From Camelus dromedarius (Eukaryota), in NCBI RefSeq assembly GCF_036321535.1, contig NC_087437.1:6944001-7008000 (forward strand): 64,000 bases of DNA, read 5' to 3'. This document shows positions 44,560 to 57,990 of this stretch, piece after piece. The notes below the pieces were generated by a model. That model saw nothing but the letters and a program-made list of their open reading frames with translations, had not been told where the DNA came from and did not search any database. How positions within the stretch are numbered: the first letter of the stretch is position 1; every line of letters starts with the position of its first letter. Both the position numbers and the translations under genes were made by a program.

Positions 44560-45899
44560 GGAGGGGGCGGGAGAGGAGGAGGAAGGCGGCGGGGTGGGGG
44601 TGGGGGGGCAGGGTGCACGGAGAAGGCGGAAAAGGGATGGGGATTAAAACCCGGGCTGGAGGGCCGGGATTGGGGGAGGGGGCGGGGGCGGCGAGTTAAA
44701 AAGCAGCGAGACAAGTAACTAGTGAATGAGTGCGGGGAGGGGGAGCGCACGGTTTCCGGCCCCGGGCGCGCAAGAATTTGTAATGAGCTTGATTAGAGTG
44801 AGGCGGCCCGACGTTCATTACACACAATACCCAGAATAACAGGGCGCCGCGCGCGGGCCAGCGCCGGCCGCCGGGCGCGCGGGGAGGGCGCGCGGGGAGG
44901 AGGCGGGGGCGGCCCGGGCCGCGGCCGCCGGGCGCGGCAGGGAGGGTGGCGCGGCGCGCGGGCGGCGGGGGCAGGTGTGCGCGGGGGCGCGGGCCGGGAG
45001 GAGGGGCAGGGCCGGCGGGGCGGGGAGAGGCGGGGGAGGAAAGTGATGGGGAGGAGGGGGCGAGGGCCGGGGGAAACTAACCAGCCACCCACGCGCCACA
45101 AAAGCCACCGAAAGGAATCCGTCGGGAGCGTCGGGGGCGGGCACCCGAGGGACAGGCGAAGCAGGGAGGGCGCACCGGCCCGCAGGAGAAGGTCCCGGGC
45201 GGGCAGGTGACAGGCGCCGAGGGCCGGGGTAGGGGGACTTCAGGAAGTGGCCGGAGGGGACCCATCGGGAGGGCCAGCTCTGGGGAGGAGCGCGGAGGGT
45301 GCACGAGCGTTTGCAGAGGAATAAAGGCCAGGATCCCTGAAACGCTCTAGCAAAGATTGCTCCTCAAAGGAGTAAGAATACTAAACTGTTAGGAACCAAC
45401 GTTCAAAAAAGATGAGTAAGCCTTTCTGTACGAGTCAGATGGAGATTCAAAACTCCCTCACTTGTGAGCCGGAGAACACGTTGGAGGAAGAAAGACATGG
45501 CCCACAGTGGCCGAGTGAGACAAAATTTGGGTCACTTGAAAAAAACCTGACGAAGGGAAAGATGCCACCATTCTTAATTTACACCGGGTGAGAGAGAGGA
45601 AAGTTGGGGTGGGTAAGTACACCCGCAGTACATACTTACGTAAGCTAAAGAAATTACCCGGGTAGGTAAATGGTCATTGGCACACAAGTATGCTCGTCCT
45701 ATTTAAATAATTTATTAAACATACTTCCTACAAAAATGAAGAACCTTGCCGTCTGGCTCAAAATAGAGATGCGGGGTTTATCGCTTAGGTTTCAGTAGGA
45801 ACATTTTAGAACCCCGAAGGCAAGTTAATCGTGAAACAAAAACAAAAATGTTATAAGAATTATTTTTCAGAATACACTAGGAGGGAAAAGAGAAAAATC

Positions 45900-47800
45900 C
45901 AGATAAGCATTTTGTTACACATAAAAAAGCAACAAGTTAGTGCAAGTACTGAGATAAGAGGGAAATGTGCAAATTACGCTCTTTAAAGCTACCCACTCAC
46001 TCTTAGACACTGTGCATTAGAAATCTAAGACCAGAAAAAGGTAAAGCAGAAGATAAAGTACCGGAAATAATGACCTCCTGGGGAGGACACGTTCAGGAGA
46101 AACACAGTGAAAACAGAGCACTGTAATGGCACCCACGTTTCACCCACAAACCATAAAGGTTAGTCAAAAATCCAGGAAGGCAACAGTGAAATCTTGGCAC
46201 ATACAAACCCAAGCCTAGAGCAAAAGGACGGATGTGATAAAACACAAAACACAGCATCGAAAACAAGAAAATAAATATAAGGCAGTCATTACTAAAAAAA
46301 AAAGTCCAAGTGATAACCATATTTTTAAAAGTTGAAATGTGAAGAAGCACGGAGGAGGATATTTTAATTAAAATATAAGAAATATACTCAATAAGGAAAT
46401 AAGAAAACATGGCAAAATGTAGCAGTGGCGTCAAGAGTTGGTACTGTGGATGGAACGACTTACACTTATTTTTTGAAGATATCTGATATTTAAAAAACAT
46501 GGATAGCAATCAGTTACCTTTATCATGACAATGATTTTGGCAATAAGATAGGTTAAGTTGGGACTTTCCAAGGTGAATATTTCAGTCGCTTCAGCCTGGT
46601 GATGCCTCACTCGTTTCTCTGAAACCTGCCTGATTTTCAGTAGGGACAATGCATTCTAGTATCACACTGTACACATTTACAAACAATAGCAAAATTTAAA
46701 AGTAGAGAAAAATTAAAGTGGACTACCAACAAATCATGTACCCATGCAAATTCAACTCAAGTTGAATGTTTTTTTATAAAGAAAAAAAAAAAAGAAAAGA
46801 AGAAAGTTGTTGGGCAAAATGAAATTTGAGCAGAGAGCAAAGACTGAAAAATGGTTACTGGAAATATCAAGATTAAGACACTGGAAGAAAATATTGTAAA
46901 TGATGTTTATCCCATTATTCACACAAAAAATTAAGACAAAAAAAGCTTCCTGATTACCTCAGCCTCCGAATGACCTGGCCAATGCTAATATAACAAGAGG
47001 ATTAAAATATTAATCTTTAAATTTGAAGAGCACTTTTCACCGAGGAATTACAAACTAATTGTCAAACATAAAAAAAGTAAAAGGATGTAATAAGGATGGA
47101 TATGGCCTTGGAAAATGATAAACAGAATAAATGAGGATACAGGCATCAAATAATGGCTTTATTATAAAATAATGATATAGTACAATTATAAATCTATTAA
47201 TCATATATAGATACTCATTTTCCTCAAGCACATTCTTTATTTCAGAACTCTGTAAGAAATGACATAAGGAAATTGGCACAGAGGTTTATGCCCTCCAAGT
47301 GCTACAGTACACTGATCAACTTCCTATATATTATTTACCCCTTTAGAATACCACTGAGCACTGGCCAGTATGAATCCAGGTTAAAACAAAGAAGAAGAAA
47401 AGAAAGGTAATTAGGAAAATACCACCCTTCTAGACATACGTGAAAATAAACTATCACGTTGGAGGCGGAAAAACATCCATGTATTCTACACAGGCATCTT
47501 ATATCTGGCAATAAAGATGCACGCAAGTATTGGGGAAAAAGTTTAAAAAAATTAGAAATCTAGCTATCAAAAATAGAAAACCTCCAGAAAGTGAAATACT
47601 GCAAGTCACTTACATGAACTATTTAACATGTGGATGTACAGTGAAAACAAGAGTGCATCAATTTTTTATCACAGGACAAGGCATTCAGACTGGCTACACA
47701 GAGGTAGCAAAGAGAAAATACTATAACACGTACACAAGATTTTAGGGGGGGACATAATAATAAAAGGACTACTGCATGTTTCAGATGGCACCGTATTAAG
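45900..47800 (+). mobile_element. Possible highly decayed L1 fragments
   Basis: Long, strongly A-skewed plus strand. No recognisable protein motif, so the call is compositional only. Confidence 0.3.
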
Positions 47801-48769
47801 ATAAGTATGCAGGCAGATATCCGACAGCATTAAAACACATTCAGTGTTCTGAATAGCACATACGTTGGTAATAAACAGAGAAAGCATTTAGAATTTGAAC
47901 GCTTTTAAGATGTGGCAGATCCGCCAGTGACTGTGTGAGCAAAGCTATGCTTACCACCAGAGCACTTTCTAAGGACATTTTTTTTTTTTGTTCCATCTTT
48001 TTAAATTCAAATACTGTTGGCTACCTCTCTACCCTCTTAAAGCAGCACATTTTACGTAGCATATTGCTCTTTTTGTCGTGTCAACTCTTTGTTTTTTTGG
48101 CTGTAGCTGCAGGTGGCGTTTTCCATATATGAATTTCTGGGAATCCGGTCTGTGTTGGCCATATAAGGATGTCTATTTGAGCCATATGTTCTACTGTCAT
48201 ATGTCTCATTTTGTCTGTCTGGGATGTCAGGACTGATTCCCACAGCGTTTCTTGAATGGACCAAATACAAATTTGTCAGAGCAGAGAGGGGGAAGAAAAC
48301 TGGGGCTGGAGCCCAAACGACTTTGTCAAAACATATATTGGGGAGGAAATGCAATATCCTGTAAACATTTGCACCCTTCTTCTCACGTCTTATCTGTGAC
48401 TGACATCATCACAACTGCCTCGCTTCACAGAGGATCTGTATGATCAGGTTCAGAAGTTTGCAGTGTGTGTGTGCACGCGTGCAGCAGAATCAGACAGACC
48501 CCCACCTCTCTGGAGGTCACGGGGGCTTGGCCCAGGGTAGCTGCCCTGCTCTGCCGGCCCTGGGTCCCGCAACCAGCCTGGCCTAGCCTTGAACTCGAGG
48601 AGGGGAAGCTGCTTCGTGCTTTCCCCCTTTAGTGAATCAACAGAGCTCCGATTAAATTCTCTGAGTAATCTTACGCAAAGGTATGGTCCCATAGCCTCTG
48701 TCCCTTCTTCTCTGTCACAGTCATCGTCAGTGAACAATTTGGATGACTGCTGGCTTCATAAAATATCTC

Positions 48770-48850
48770 CCATGCTAGACTGTAATCCACGTAAGAGCAG
48801 AGGCTGCGCCTTGCTCACTGCCATATTCCCAGGAATTCATACAGCATCCT
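48770..48850 (+). mobile_element. L2 3' fragment
   Basis: ctagactgtaatccacgtaagagcagaggctg...cttgctcactgccatattcccag. Confidence 0.55.
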
Positions 48851-48954
48851 TGCAAAGTGAGAGCACAAAGCTCACAGTCTCCCATGCAACCCACTTCCAC
48901 GGCTAACTGCAAAGGCAACTCCTTTCAGAGGTTTCAGAAGTGAGATGAGGTTAA

Positions 48955-49120
48955 CGGTGGGGCAAGTGGCTGTATCATTTAAATCGGAATTAACTGGAAT
49001 TCAATAAAATTTGTCACATTTCAAGTGTTCAGGAGCCCCCTGGGGCTTGTGGCTCTCCTATGGGACGGTGTAGATGACAGAACACTTCCACCACCACAGA
49101 AAGTTCTATAGGACAGCACT
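48955..49120 (-). mobile_element. MER3/MER33-like hAT-Charlie remnant
   Basis: cacatttcaagtgttca...agaacacttccaccaccacagaaagttctataggacagcact matches the reverse complement of the recalled MER3 consensus. Confidence 0.7.
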
Positions 49121-51736
49121 TATCAAGAGAACTTCTCTAAAAGACGACTCAGTAAATCCTGGACCTAGCGAGGAAGAGTCTTAGAGGTGCTGAATGGCTT
49201 TCAGACATTCTAATGATGTCCAAATTGAAGTCATTTTCCATTTTAGAATAAGCCAATAGGTCTGTCAATCAAGCTGCGTGGCACGAGGCTTTGGTGCCAC
49301 TGCACGCAAACTGAAGACAACTTGCTAGAACATGTCTGTGTGTGAAAGGGTCCTACAGTGCATTTGGAATAATATGCGTTTACCCCAAAGGCTGCTTTCC
49401 ATGAACACTGAGCTAGCTCGCAGGTGAAGCTAAAAACCACAGACTCATTCCCCACCCTGACTCTCATCCCCACATTAAATACGCATAGGTTGCCATTAGA
49501 AATGGCTTTTTTGGGAAGCTTTAATGTAGATCCCTACTCAAACTGGGAGGGCATCCAAATACCAAACAAATAATGGTGTCCTGCAGAAAATAACAGCAAA
49601 AGCCTCGACTACGTTTCAGGAGAGAGAAAGGAGAAATAATGACGAACTCTAAATACGGGGCTTAAGGGGTTTGCTGCTTTTTTCCCTAATAAGTGGGGTT
49701 TCAGTTATAGCCAGACACATAGGGATCACAAGTTGTATTACACTTGGACTCTGGTTTCAAATAGACAAAGGTCATTATTAAAGCGAAGCAAAGAAAGGCC
49801 AATGTTTAGGCGAATGTGAAGAGAGCTGACTGTGGGGCGTGCATAGCCATTATAGTTGGCTTCGAGAACCCGACACGTGCTATCTGGGCCTTTTACCCAG
49901 AAATATTACCTTTTTTTAAGCAAAGACTTACTGGACAATTTTTTTTTTTAAAGCTACTTTTCATTCTATACATGTCAGCGTGGGTCGTAACCTTGACAAA
50001 ACACAATGGTAATAATTCCATCAAAAATCGGTAGCTCTCTCTAGATCCAGATCCAAAACTGAGTAGGGAGAGGGCAGGGGTCCTGCAGTTTCTACTAAGT
50101 CCTCCACGTAGTTATCACCACCAAAGTACTGAAGCGGTTCAGGTTGCCTTATTTTTTCCCCCATTGCTTCTAGAGTGCCCTCCCTCCGTCTTCTCACCTG
50201 GGGACCTCCCTTCTGCCACATCCTTTAACTTGCAGCTTGATTGCACCTCTTCTGTCCAAAGCCTTCTCCAGCGATTAGTTACTTCCTCCCCAATGCCCCA
50301 TCCCACCGCCGTCCTGCAGCGGGGCAGGCACTTCATATGCACACATCTGCCCCTCCCAACTGTGAGTCTGTCCAGATCCTAAGGGTGGACTTAGGTCTGT
50401 GTCCCTGGAGTCTCTCCCAGTGCCTGCCATCGCTGTCTGTATGAGTGAGTGCTTATTAAGAATCTTAGCCAGATTCTCACAAACTTAGAAGTAAAGCCAG
50501 GTGCGGGATCGGAAGTCAGTTGGGCGGCTGCACGTTGACGTGACCTGAGGAACTACTTCAACAACCCAGACGTCCAGGCCGTACTCACTGCAGTTAAGCT
50601 AGAATGGCCCAGGGTCGGAGCCAGGCAGGCGGCGGTTTAGAGCTCCCGTGGTGATTCCAGGGTATAGCCGGGTTTGGCATCCATTGGATATTAGGTAGTG
50701 TTTTGGAGGCAGGAAATTGACTATACCTGCTTGGACAGCCTCAAGTGAAGTTTGTAACCCCGTCCTGGGGTCACTCAGAAAAATTGAGGCTTTTCTATGA
50801 ACCAGCACTCACCCCAAATTTAGGAAATGTGTGTGCAGGCAAGTGACTAGTTTCAAACAAAAAAAGGTGGAGGGCACGGGGGTGGAGCGGGTGTGGAGCA
50901 AGCTATTAGATCATTGATTTGGTGAGTAAAAAAGCATGCTGTTCGAGGAACCATGATAAATTAGCATTTGGGCATTTGCCTGAGATTTACGGGGGTGCCA
51001 GAAATCCGGTGCAACTATATGATTTATCATCACAGACATAGGCAACTAACCACAAAATTACACGTGGAAGTGAAGTTCTAAAACCAGTCTGTTATTTACT
51101 GGAGCCAGAACCATCCCGGTTTTCTCTAATTCTTTCTCCCAACACAGTTGAGCAGGGTTTTTCCTCCCAGAAAACTTCAACCTTGAGCGGGAGTCCCTTT
51201 GAAACAGTTGAAAACTGTTCAGCTCGTTTCTAGACTTAGCCATTGTACTTCAGCAGAACAGTAGTATTCACACTGTCCATGCCCAGGGGCCAATGGGAGG
51301 GCACCAAGCTTGCTGTGTGGTCCTCTTGCGAAGCTCAGGGGACTTTAATTTAAGTGAGGTCCAACAGCAACCATTCCCAATCAACCTTTAGCCAAGACGT
51401 ACCAACCAAATCTTCTTAGTGATGCGAGTGTTACTGCTAATCTCTCCTGGTTTAACTGAAGGGAGAAACAGCTGTAGGTTACCAGAGACCTGCATCCTAG
51501 TCCCAGATTGTTTTGGGGGAGTACCAGCCAAGGGCAGTGTCTGATGTCGTACTGCCACGCCCACGGTCACAAAGCAGTGGAGAGGGGTTGTTTGTCAGGA
51601 AGAAAAGCAACTGCCAGAAACACTGCAGCACATCTGGGCAATGATTACATACCACAATAAAGCTTGAAATTTGTTGAAGCAAAGAAGTTTAACGCAAAAC
51701 TAAAGCACGTTCTATTTGGAATGATGGAAGAGACTT

Positions 51737-51868
51737 GGAGGAGATGGTGGCAACGGGTTGCTCAACACTGTGAATGTAACTGACGCCACTGAATTGTACA
51801 CTTAAGAATCATCGGGACGGCATATTTTATGGAATAGATCTTTTATCCCAATTAAAAAAAATTAAAAA
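51737..51868 (+). mobile_element. Old L1 (L1MB/MC-like) 3' end
   Basis: gatggtggcaacgggttgctcaacactgtgaatgtaactgacgccactgaattgtacacttaag...attttatg plus an A-rich tail resembles the eutherian L1M 3' end. Confidence 0.7.
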
Positions 51869-54800
51869 CCACAATACTAAGGCAAAACAATCTTTCATCT
51901 ACTCCTAAGGTTGGCACACATATATTACCATGAAAATATCAGACCACGCAGAAAAACAATGAGCTACTAAACAACTCCATCCTCACTGCCAACCCCTCCA
52001 CTGCTTTGTCCTTACCCGCCAACAGCCACAATCCAGTCTATGCTGGATAATTAATTCATACGAGGAATACCTGACCCGAGGATAATTAACATGGCTTGGT
52101 AATTAGAGACCAAGATCCCACCCTAAGTAGGTAATTTGATGGTCCTCTGATGCAGGAAAATGGTACTTTTTTTCAGATTTTCTTCTATACTGCTGTCTTT
52201 TAGCAAAAGAGACAGAAGGATAGACACAAATCGAGAAGTAAGAGTACCTGGAGTCCAAAAATTCTTTTTGGATATTTTCAAACTGAGTCAAAATTAACTG
52301 TACTCATGAAACAGTAGACCCTCCCAATTAAACAGTCCTTAAGAGTGCCCACCTCTTTCATGAAGCACAGCCAAGATGGATCACAATTGTCTAAATGTAG
52401 TCAATGTAATGATTTATAAATGGTCTCTAGAGAGAGACTCTAGATTGCAATTTTAACAAGACAATGTAACTTTTGTTATAAAAAAAAACCCCAAAGACTT
52501 TCACATTTGATTTTATCAGTCACATTTTCATGGTAGTATTCACTTCTGCATGCAGTAATTTGTAGTATCACCTTTTCCTAGAGTATACTGTCCTATATTC
52601 TGTTTCCTAGCATCTATTCATACTGATTTCTGTTCGGGATTTTTATATCAACGATGGAGTTTTTAATAGATTGGTAGGTCATATATAAAATATACCTTAT
52701 TGAAGTTCATACCTACGTATATGTATTTTTCTGATGCCTAAGGAATATGAATACATAGTAAAGCCAAATTAAATTTACATATTTATTGTGTATAAAAGTA
52801 TATAAAATACCAAAAAATAGTTTTACAGGACAACTGTTACTCAAGCATATCCCGTTACCTATTTTGCAGGTGTGGCTTTCTTTATTAGTGTGTTTATTGT
52901 GTATTTGATTCATTAGATAACTATCGTGGACTATAAATATATATGCAAATTTCCAGCTGATATGAAGCAAAAACTTGATAAGTAATGCTTATAAGTAAGT
53001 ATAACTTTAAAACCAGAACTGCTGAGCCTTCAGGCTATTTTTTTAATCATTTCTTTTTATTTACCCTGTAAAGATGACTTTCATTTGTATTTTATTTATA
53101 TATAAAAATACGCTTGGGAGAGAAACAAACAACATATTTATGAAAAATTTTGATGGGGACCAGCTTGTAACTGTTTTGAGACTGTAATTGCTTTAAAGAT
53201 GGACAATACCCACTGTTTTATGACTTACACGACTGCAAAAAGATACTACCCATTCATGTCATATTTAATGAGAATTAAACTTATCTCTATGTGGAGGTAA
53301 CAAGACTCTCAAAAATAACTTTTCAGTTCACCTTGCACAAAGGGGTTTTGTCACTAAGAATTCACAACACTGCAAGCTAGTGTAAAGGCATCTTTGTGGC
53401 TGGCGTGTGCTGTAGTTTCGGATATAAACCAAATCTTTTCAATAAAAATTCCCAGATTTTGGTAAATCCAATTGTTTGGCCAACAGCATAGCATGAATAG
53501 ATGTCTGTATAATACACATACAGCTGTATATATATGTTCACAGACACTATTTGCCTGTCATACAAGGGAATGTCTCACAATTTAAGACTAGTCAATTACA
53601 GTCTTTCTCAGAAATTCTTTAAAACCCAGAGTAAGCATAATAATGCTCTATAATGAAGCAATTCCTACAAAAGAGGACAACTGCTACAGTGAGAAAAGGT
53701 GGGACACCGAGATCCTGCTTCCCCCTCCGCCAGCTAGGAGAGAGAGTCTTCATAAGCCAAGCAAGACCAGGTTCCATACCTATAAAGTGATGGAAAAGAA
53801 TCTGATCATCTTTAAGACCACAAAAAAAAAAAAAAAAAAAAAAATCTCTGCCTTTAAATTTAATTTAAAAAATCAAGTTCACTTTAGAGAGAATATAAAG
53901 ATACAAGGAAATTTCTCACATGCTACATTAGATGTTTATCTATATATGAGACAGGTGTCAAACAAACAAATTAAAAAACAAAAAACCACTAAGGCAAAGG
54001 GAAACTTTAACTCACCAGATTCCATCTGTTACATTTGAATTCATGCATAATTGATTATCCAGGACTGGTAAGTTCTTTTCTCACTAGCCGACCACAGTTT
54101 TCTAAACATTATGTATTAAATCACTACAAAAGTGGACTACATTTCAGAAGCAGCCAGGGCAGAATAAGAATATTTTAAATGAAAAATTACATGCCGGTTA
54201 ATAACAATACAGCTGACCTATGTTTAAGGGAGAGAAATTTTAATCATGTGCATATTAAATATTAATAACCTATTCTGTTATTGTTATAATAAGGTTAAGT
54301 AGGCATCTCTGGGCTTAAGGAAAGAGGGAGAGGCGGGAATGCATAATGGTGCAAAAAGATACAGAGACGGGAGACAGACATAAGAAAAATGTGTCAACAA
54401 TAAACAAGAGGAAATGAAAAAGAAGGAAAAGATGAAGGTGGAAACTAATCTCTATGTGTCATTATGACTGCCAGAGTACTGGCAAAGAAGCAGCATCCTT
54501 TTATTTCAATTTTAATCATTTCTGAATTTTAATACCCGGCTCCTTTTGTAATTCTCCTGGCATCCCCCATATGCCTCCATCCCAGCCAAAACACCAGTGT
54601 AAATTAAATGGCAGGCAACCACACCACTGATGTCGCCTCCCCAAAGAACCTACCAGGTGACCAAAAGCAGAGAAAGGTATGTCTACCTTACCTCCCTGAG
54701 GACCTCTAGCCAATTAACTGGCTGAATGTTCTCTATTTTCTTTAATTTTGAAAAGAAGGACAGTCATTAGGGAACATAGAGATAGAGAATCATTAAAAAA

Positions 54801-57749
54801 AATAAAGCAAGCCAGTAGTAATACAATAATCAGTGACCATCAGGGCCTGGAAAAATGAGTTTGCTCTCACTGGCACTAAGGAGCATCACATGATTATTTA
54901 ATTACAGCTCTAATTTTTGTCTCGTGGATGGCAACATATCAACAATTAATAGGGCAAATAGAGGAGACTGTTTTTAAAGAGACAGAATGTGCATGGTAAT
55001 GTAATAGGTCACACAGCAGTGCACTGTTTAAGGAAGACTTTCCTTTGTGTAACTAAGTAGGACTGACTCGCAAATAGCCCCACACATGAAAAGAAATTTA
55101 AAGAGGAAGTTTTTTTTTTTTTAAGATAACTTTCATAGAATGCCCAGAACTTTTCAGAATGTTTTAGAGGCACCTAACACAACCCTGTTGCAACTCTGGC
55201 ATTAATTTTAAGAAGTGGAGTGAAACCTTCATTAATATAAATACCCTGAATCTTGAAACATTTTTAAACAATGTATATAGCCACAATGGAAAAAAAAAAA
55301 AAAAACTCTTTATGCAATAATCATGTGGGGTCCTGAAAAAAATCATTATTGTAGGAGAGAACAGGTAGAGGTCTATCAGACTTGGGCCATTAGTGCACAG
55401 TATTTTTGGCCCCAGAACATCGGAAAAACAATTCTATGGTATCCTGACTACAAGGACCTGAGAGGAGTGCTCTGTGCTGATTCCCGGACACTTTGTTACC
55501 ACAAGCCAAACACCAAAGGACCATGAACCTCAGCAGAGAGACCTCACCTCATTCTGAAGGTCAACAAGGGTTAAAAAAAAAACAAAACCCCAGTGCTATG
55601 GTCCCAAAATGACCTTTAGTCAGAGAAGGAAAACATTGGATTATCCAGAAAATGGGGCATGTGGAGAGGAGGTGTTCAGATAACCCCAGCAAAAAAAGAA
55701 AATTAGAAAAGTCTGTTCCCGCTAAACCATATCAGCACAAGCTAAATTCGCTATTTTATTTTAATTTAGCAAATCTTTAATGAGTGCTCCCTACACAAGA
55801 CACAGAAGGCTAACTGCGAAGTTGCTACTATTTTACAGAACACAGACGTGCACCTCACACTGAATTTTTTTTGTAGTTTAATACCTTGTAGAAATAAATA
55901 GGAGCATCACCTGAACATTTGTAAAGTGGGAATACCAATGCATCTGTAAGTGCTGTCTAACAAGGTTAAAAGGTCTCCATATCCAAATGAACCAAGGGAA
56001 TTCAAATCGTTAACCAACTTGATAGAATTGTCTAAGGCAGGCTCAGTCCAGCTTTAAACTCCTCTGGTTTCAGTCATCCATTGTTCTGCCAGAAACCAAA
56101 GGAAAAACCCAGGCTTCAGATTTGGCAAGTAACATAGACCTGGAACTACTGCTGTGATCAATTGCTCAAATGCACCTTAAATATCAGGTTGTAGAGAACT
56201 GTAAGAAAACACAACTTGGCTCAAGAATCAGTGACTAAAATGATTCCACAAAGAGGAGTCTTCAGAGGTGCTAAATCAACTCAATAAGCTTTTAATGGCT
56301 TATGTTGGCCAAAGTCATCACAAAACAAAAAGGCAGGCATCTCAAAATACAGTGTGGGAGGGCAAAAACTGCTGAGGGACAATGATTTCTAATGCCACTG
56401 GGCAAAGGTGATCAAGCCAATGCTTATTTCAGAGAAAGAAAGAAAGAAAAAAAAAAGACAGGAAGAAAATTGAAAATTGTACATTCCCGTGTAAAGTTTG
56501 AAAATTAAGTGGCTTTAGCAGAAAATATTTTGAGAATTCTGGACCAAAAATCTGACTCCATACACTTTCAAAGACTATTTTTGAAGGAGCCTAGCAAGCA
56601 GCAGCTTGTATTTAAGAGTATACATCATTCTTTTTTAACATGACTGTTAATATACAGTTAACATGTCTCAGAAAAGGCTGTAATTAACTGTCTACCGCTC
56701 TAATAACACTAATAAGCGTACAGTATTATTAAAACACAATGACTCCATACAAAGTAAGGCTGTCATTTTTAAACTTTTAAGATAATGTTCTCAATTGGTT
56801 TTGAGTCCCCTTAAACCACCCAAAAGAGAGCCCACCTCTAAGGGAAAAAAAAAATTAAAAGCACAGTTATTAAAATATTGTTCTTTCCTCGACAGCCTGG
56901 AGAAACCTGTCTCATATTAGACAGAACATCTAGGTATCATTTCAGTTGGTGAAACACAGTGGGAAACACTTGGATTATTTTATCCATTCTATATATTCTT
57001 TTAAAATTGAAAACTGTAAGCATTTGAATTTAGTCCTTTATTTACTGATAATTTTTTTTTTTAAACCAGTGAATGGGGAGAGATAGGTTTGCTACTGCAA
57101 GAATCACATAGCCCTGTTGTTAATCCCCGATGATTTCCATTGTCTGCTTCACTGGAACAAGAAAACTCAATTGCATTCAACATCAAACAGCTAATTACGG
57201 ACACACTCTATTCAAGACTATCTCCATTTCAAAAGATATTTGAGTAGACTAGGTTCTATTTTATTTATAATAATTATAAATTACAATCAAATATTTATAA
57301 CATAAAATCGCCTTTACCTTAAAGTCCCTAACATTATAAAGAGTAAAGGCCAAACTGTCGTACACATGCTCTTAACGGCACATCAGAAACCATTGAGTGA
57401 GACTAGAAAAGAAGCGTCTGGCAATCAACTCTACTATATGCCTAGCTTCCTGGAAAACTGCAGCTAAAGAATTCCCCCTCACACAGATTACTGACTAGCT
57501 TTTCTTTAAATATCTCAGGAAAAGAAGGTCTAGTAATTTCTCCTGGGCGCTTCCTCCCACATTTCATCACCCAGAGAAGAATGCACACTGTAGAATTTCT
57601 GTTGGGTCTCTGGTTCCAAATCATCCCTTGCTGAGAAAAAGCAACATCCCAACCCAGAGACTTCCCTCGGACACCAAACGCCGGGCTCTCCCTGTGGCTG
57701 CAGCCCTGATTCTCCATACGGAACTAATAGCAACTTTTCTGGCACTTAC

Positions 57750-57990
57750 CCTTCCAAATATCAGAGGCTGCTCTCCGAATCTAGCCCTAGAGGAGCGCTC
57801 TCAAGAAGTAGTCTTTGATGAGGTGACAATGACGGAGTTCGCTCTGGCACTGCTAGCGAGGCAGAAGCATCCCCAAATGAGGTGGTTACCAGTTGCCTGT
57901 GAAGCAGCTGGACCATTACTGCAGTTCTGAGGGTACGTCACAAATCAGGTCACAGCTCTGGGTAGAGTCCACCCACTTCACCCGGTGCAA
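57750..57990 (-). other. SATB1: Candidate alternative non-coding first exon of SATB1 (middle, non-CpG-island promoter); 5' end approximate
   Basis: Strong donor GGAAGG|GTAAGT at 57750/57749, 17.6 kb above exon 2. CRE-like, ETS and TCF motifs nearby. SATB1 is known to use several promoters, and the sequence resembles my recollection of a human variant 5' UTR. Confidence 0.65.

Larger units (their letters stand above)
43380..45310. promoter_or_regulatory. SATB1: CpG island, proximal SATB1 promoter
   Basis: Very high GC and CpG density relative to the flanks, several GGGCGG boxes, a G4-like tract GGGGTGGGGGTGGGGGGGCAGGG at 44591-44613, and GGC repeats. Confidence 0.9.

Noticed and set aside
43795..44718. 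307-aa and 246-aa plus-strand ORFs and other long ORFs in the proximal CpG island
   Set aside because: Low-complexity G/P/R/A translations expected from stop-poor GC-rich DNA and triplet repeats, with no recognisable domain.
46093..46509. 138-aa hydrophobic, membrane-protein-like ORF
   Set aside because: F/L/I richness follows from the T-rich reverse of an A-rich strand; no motif.
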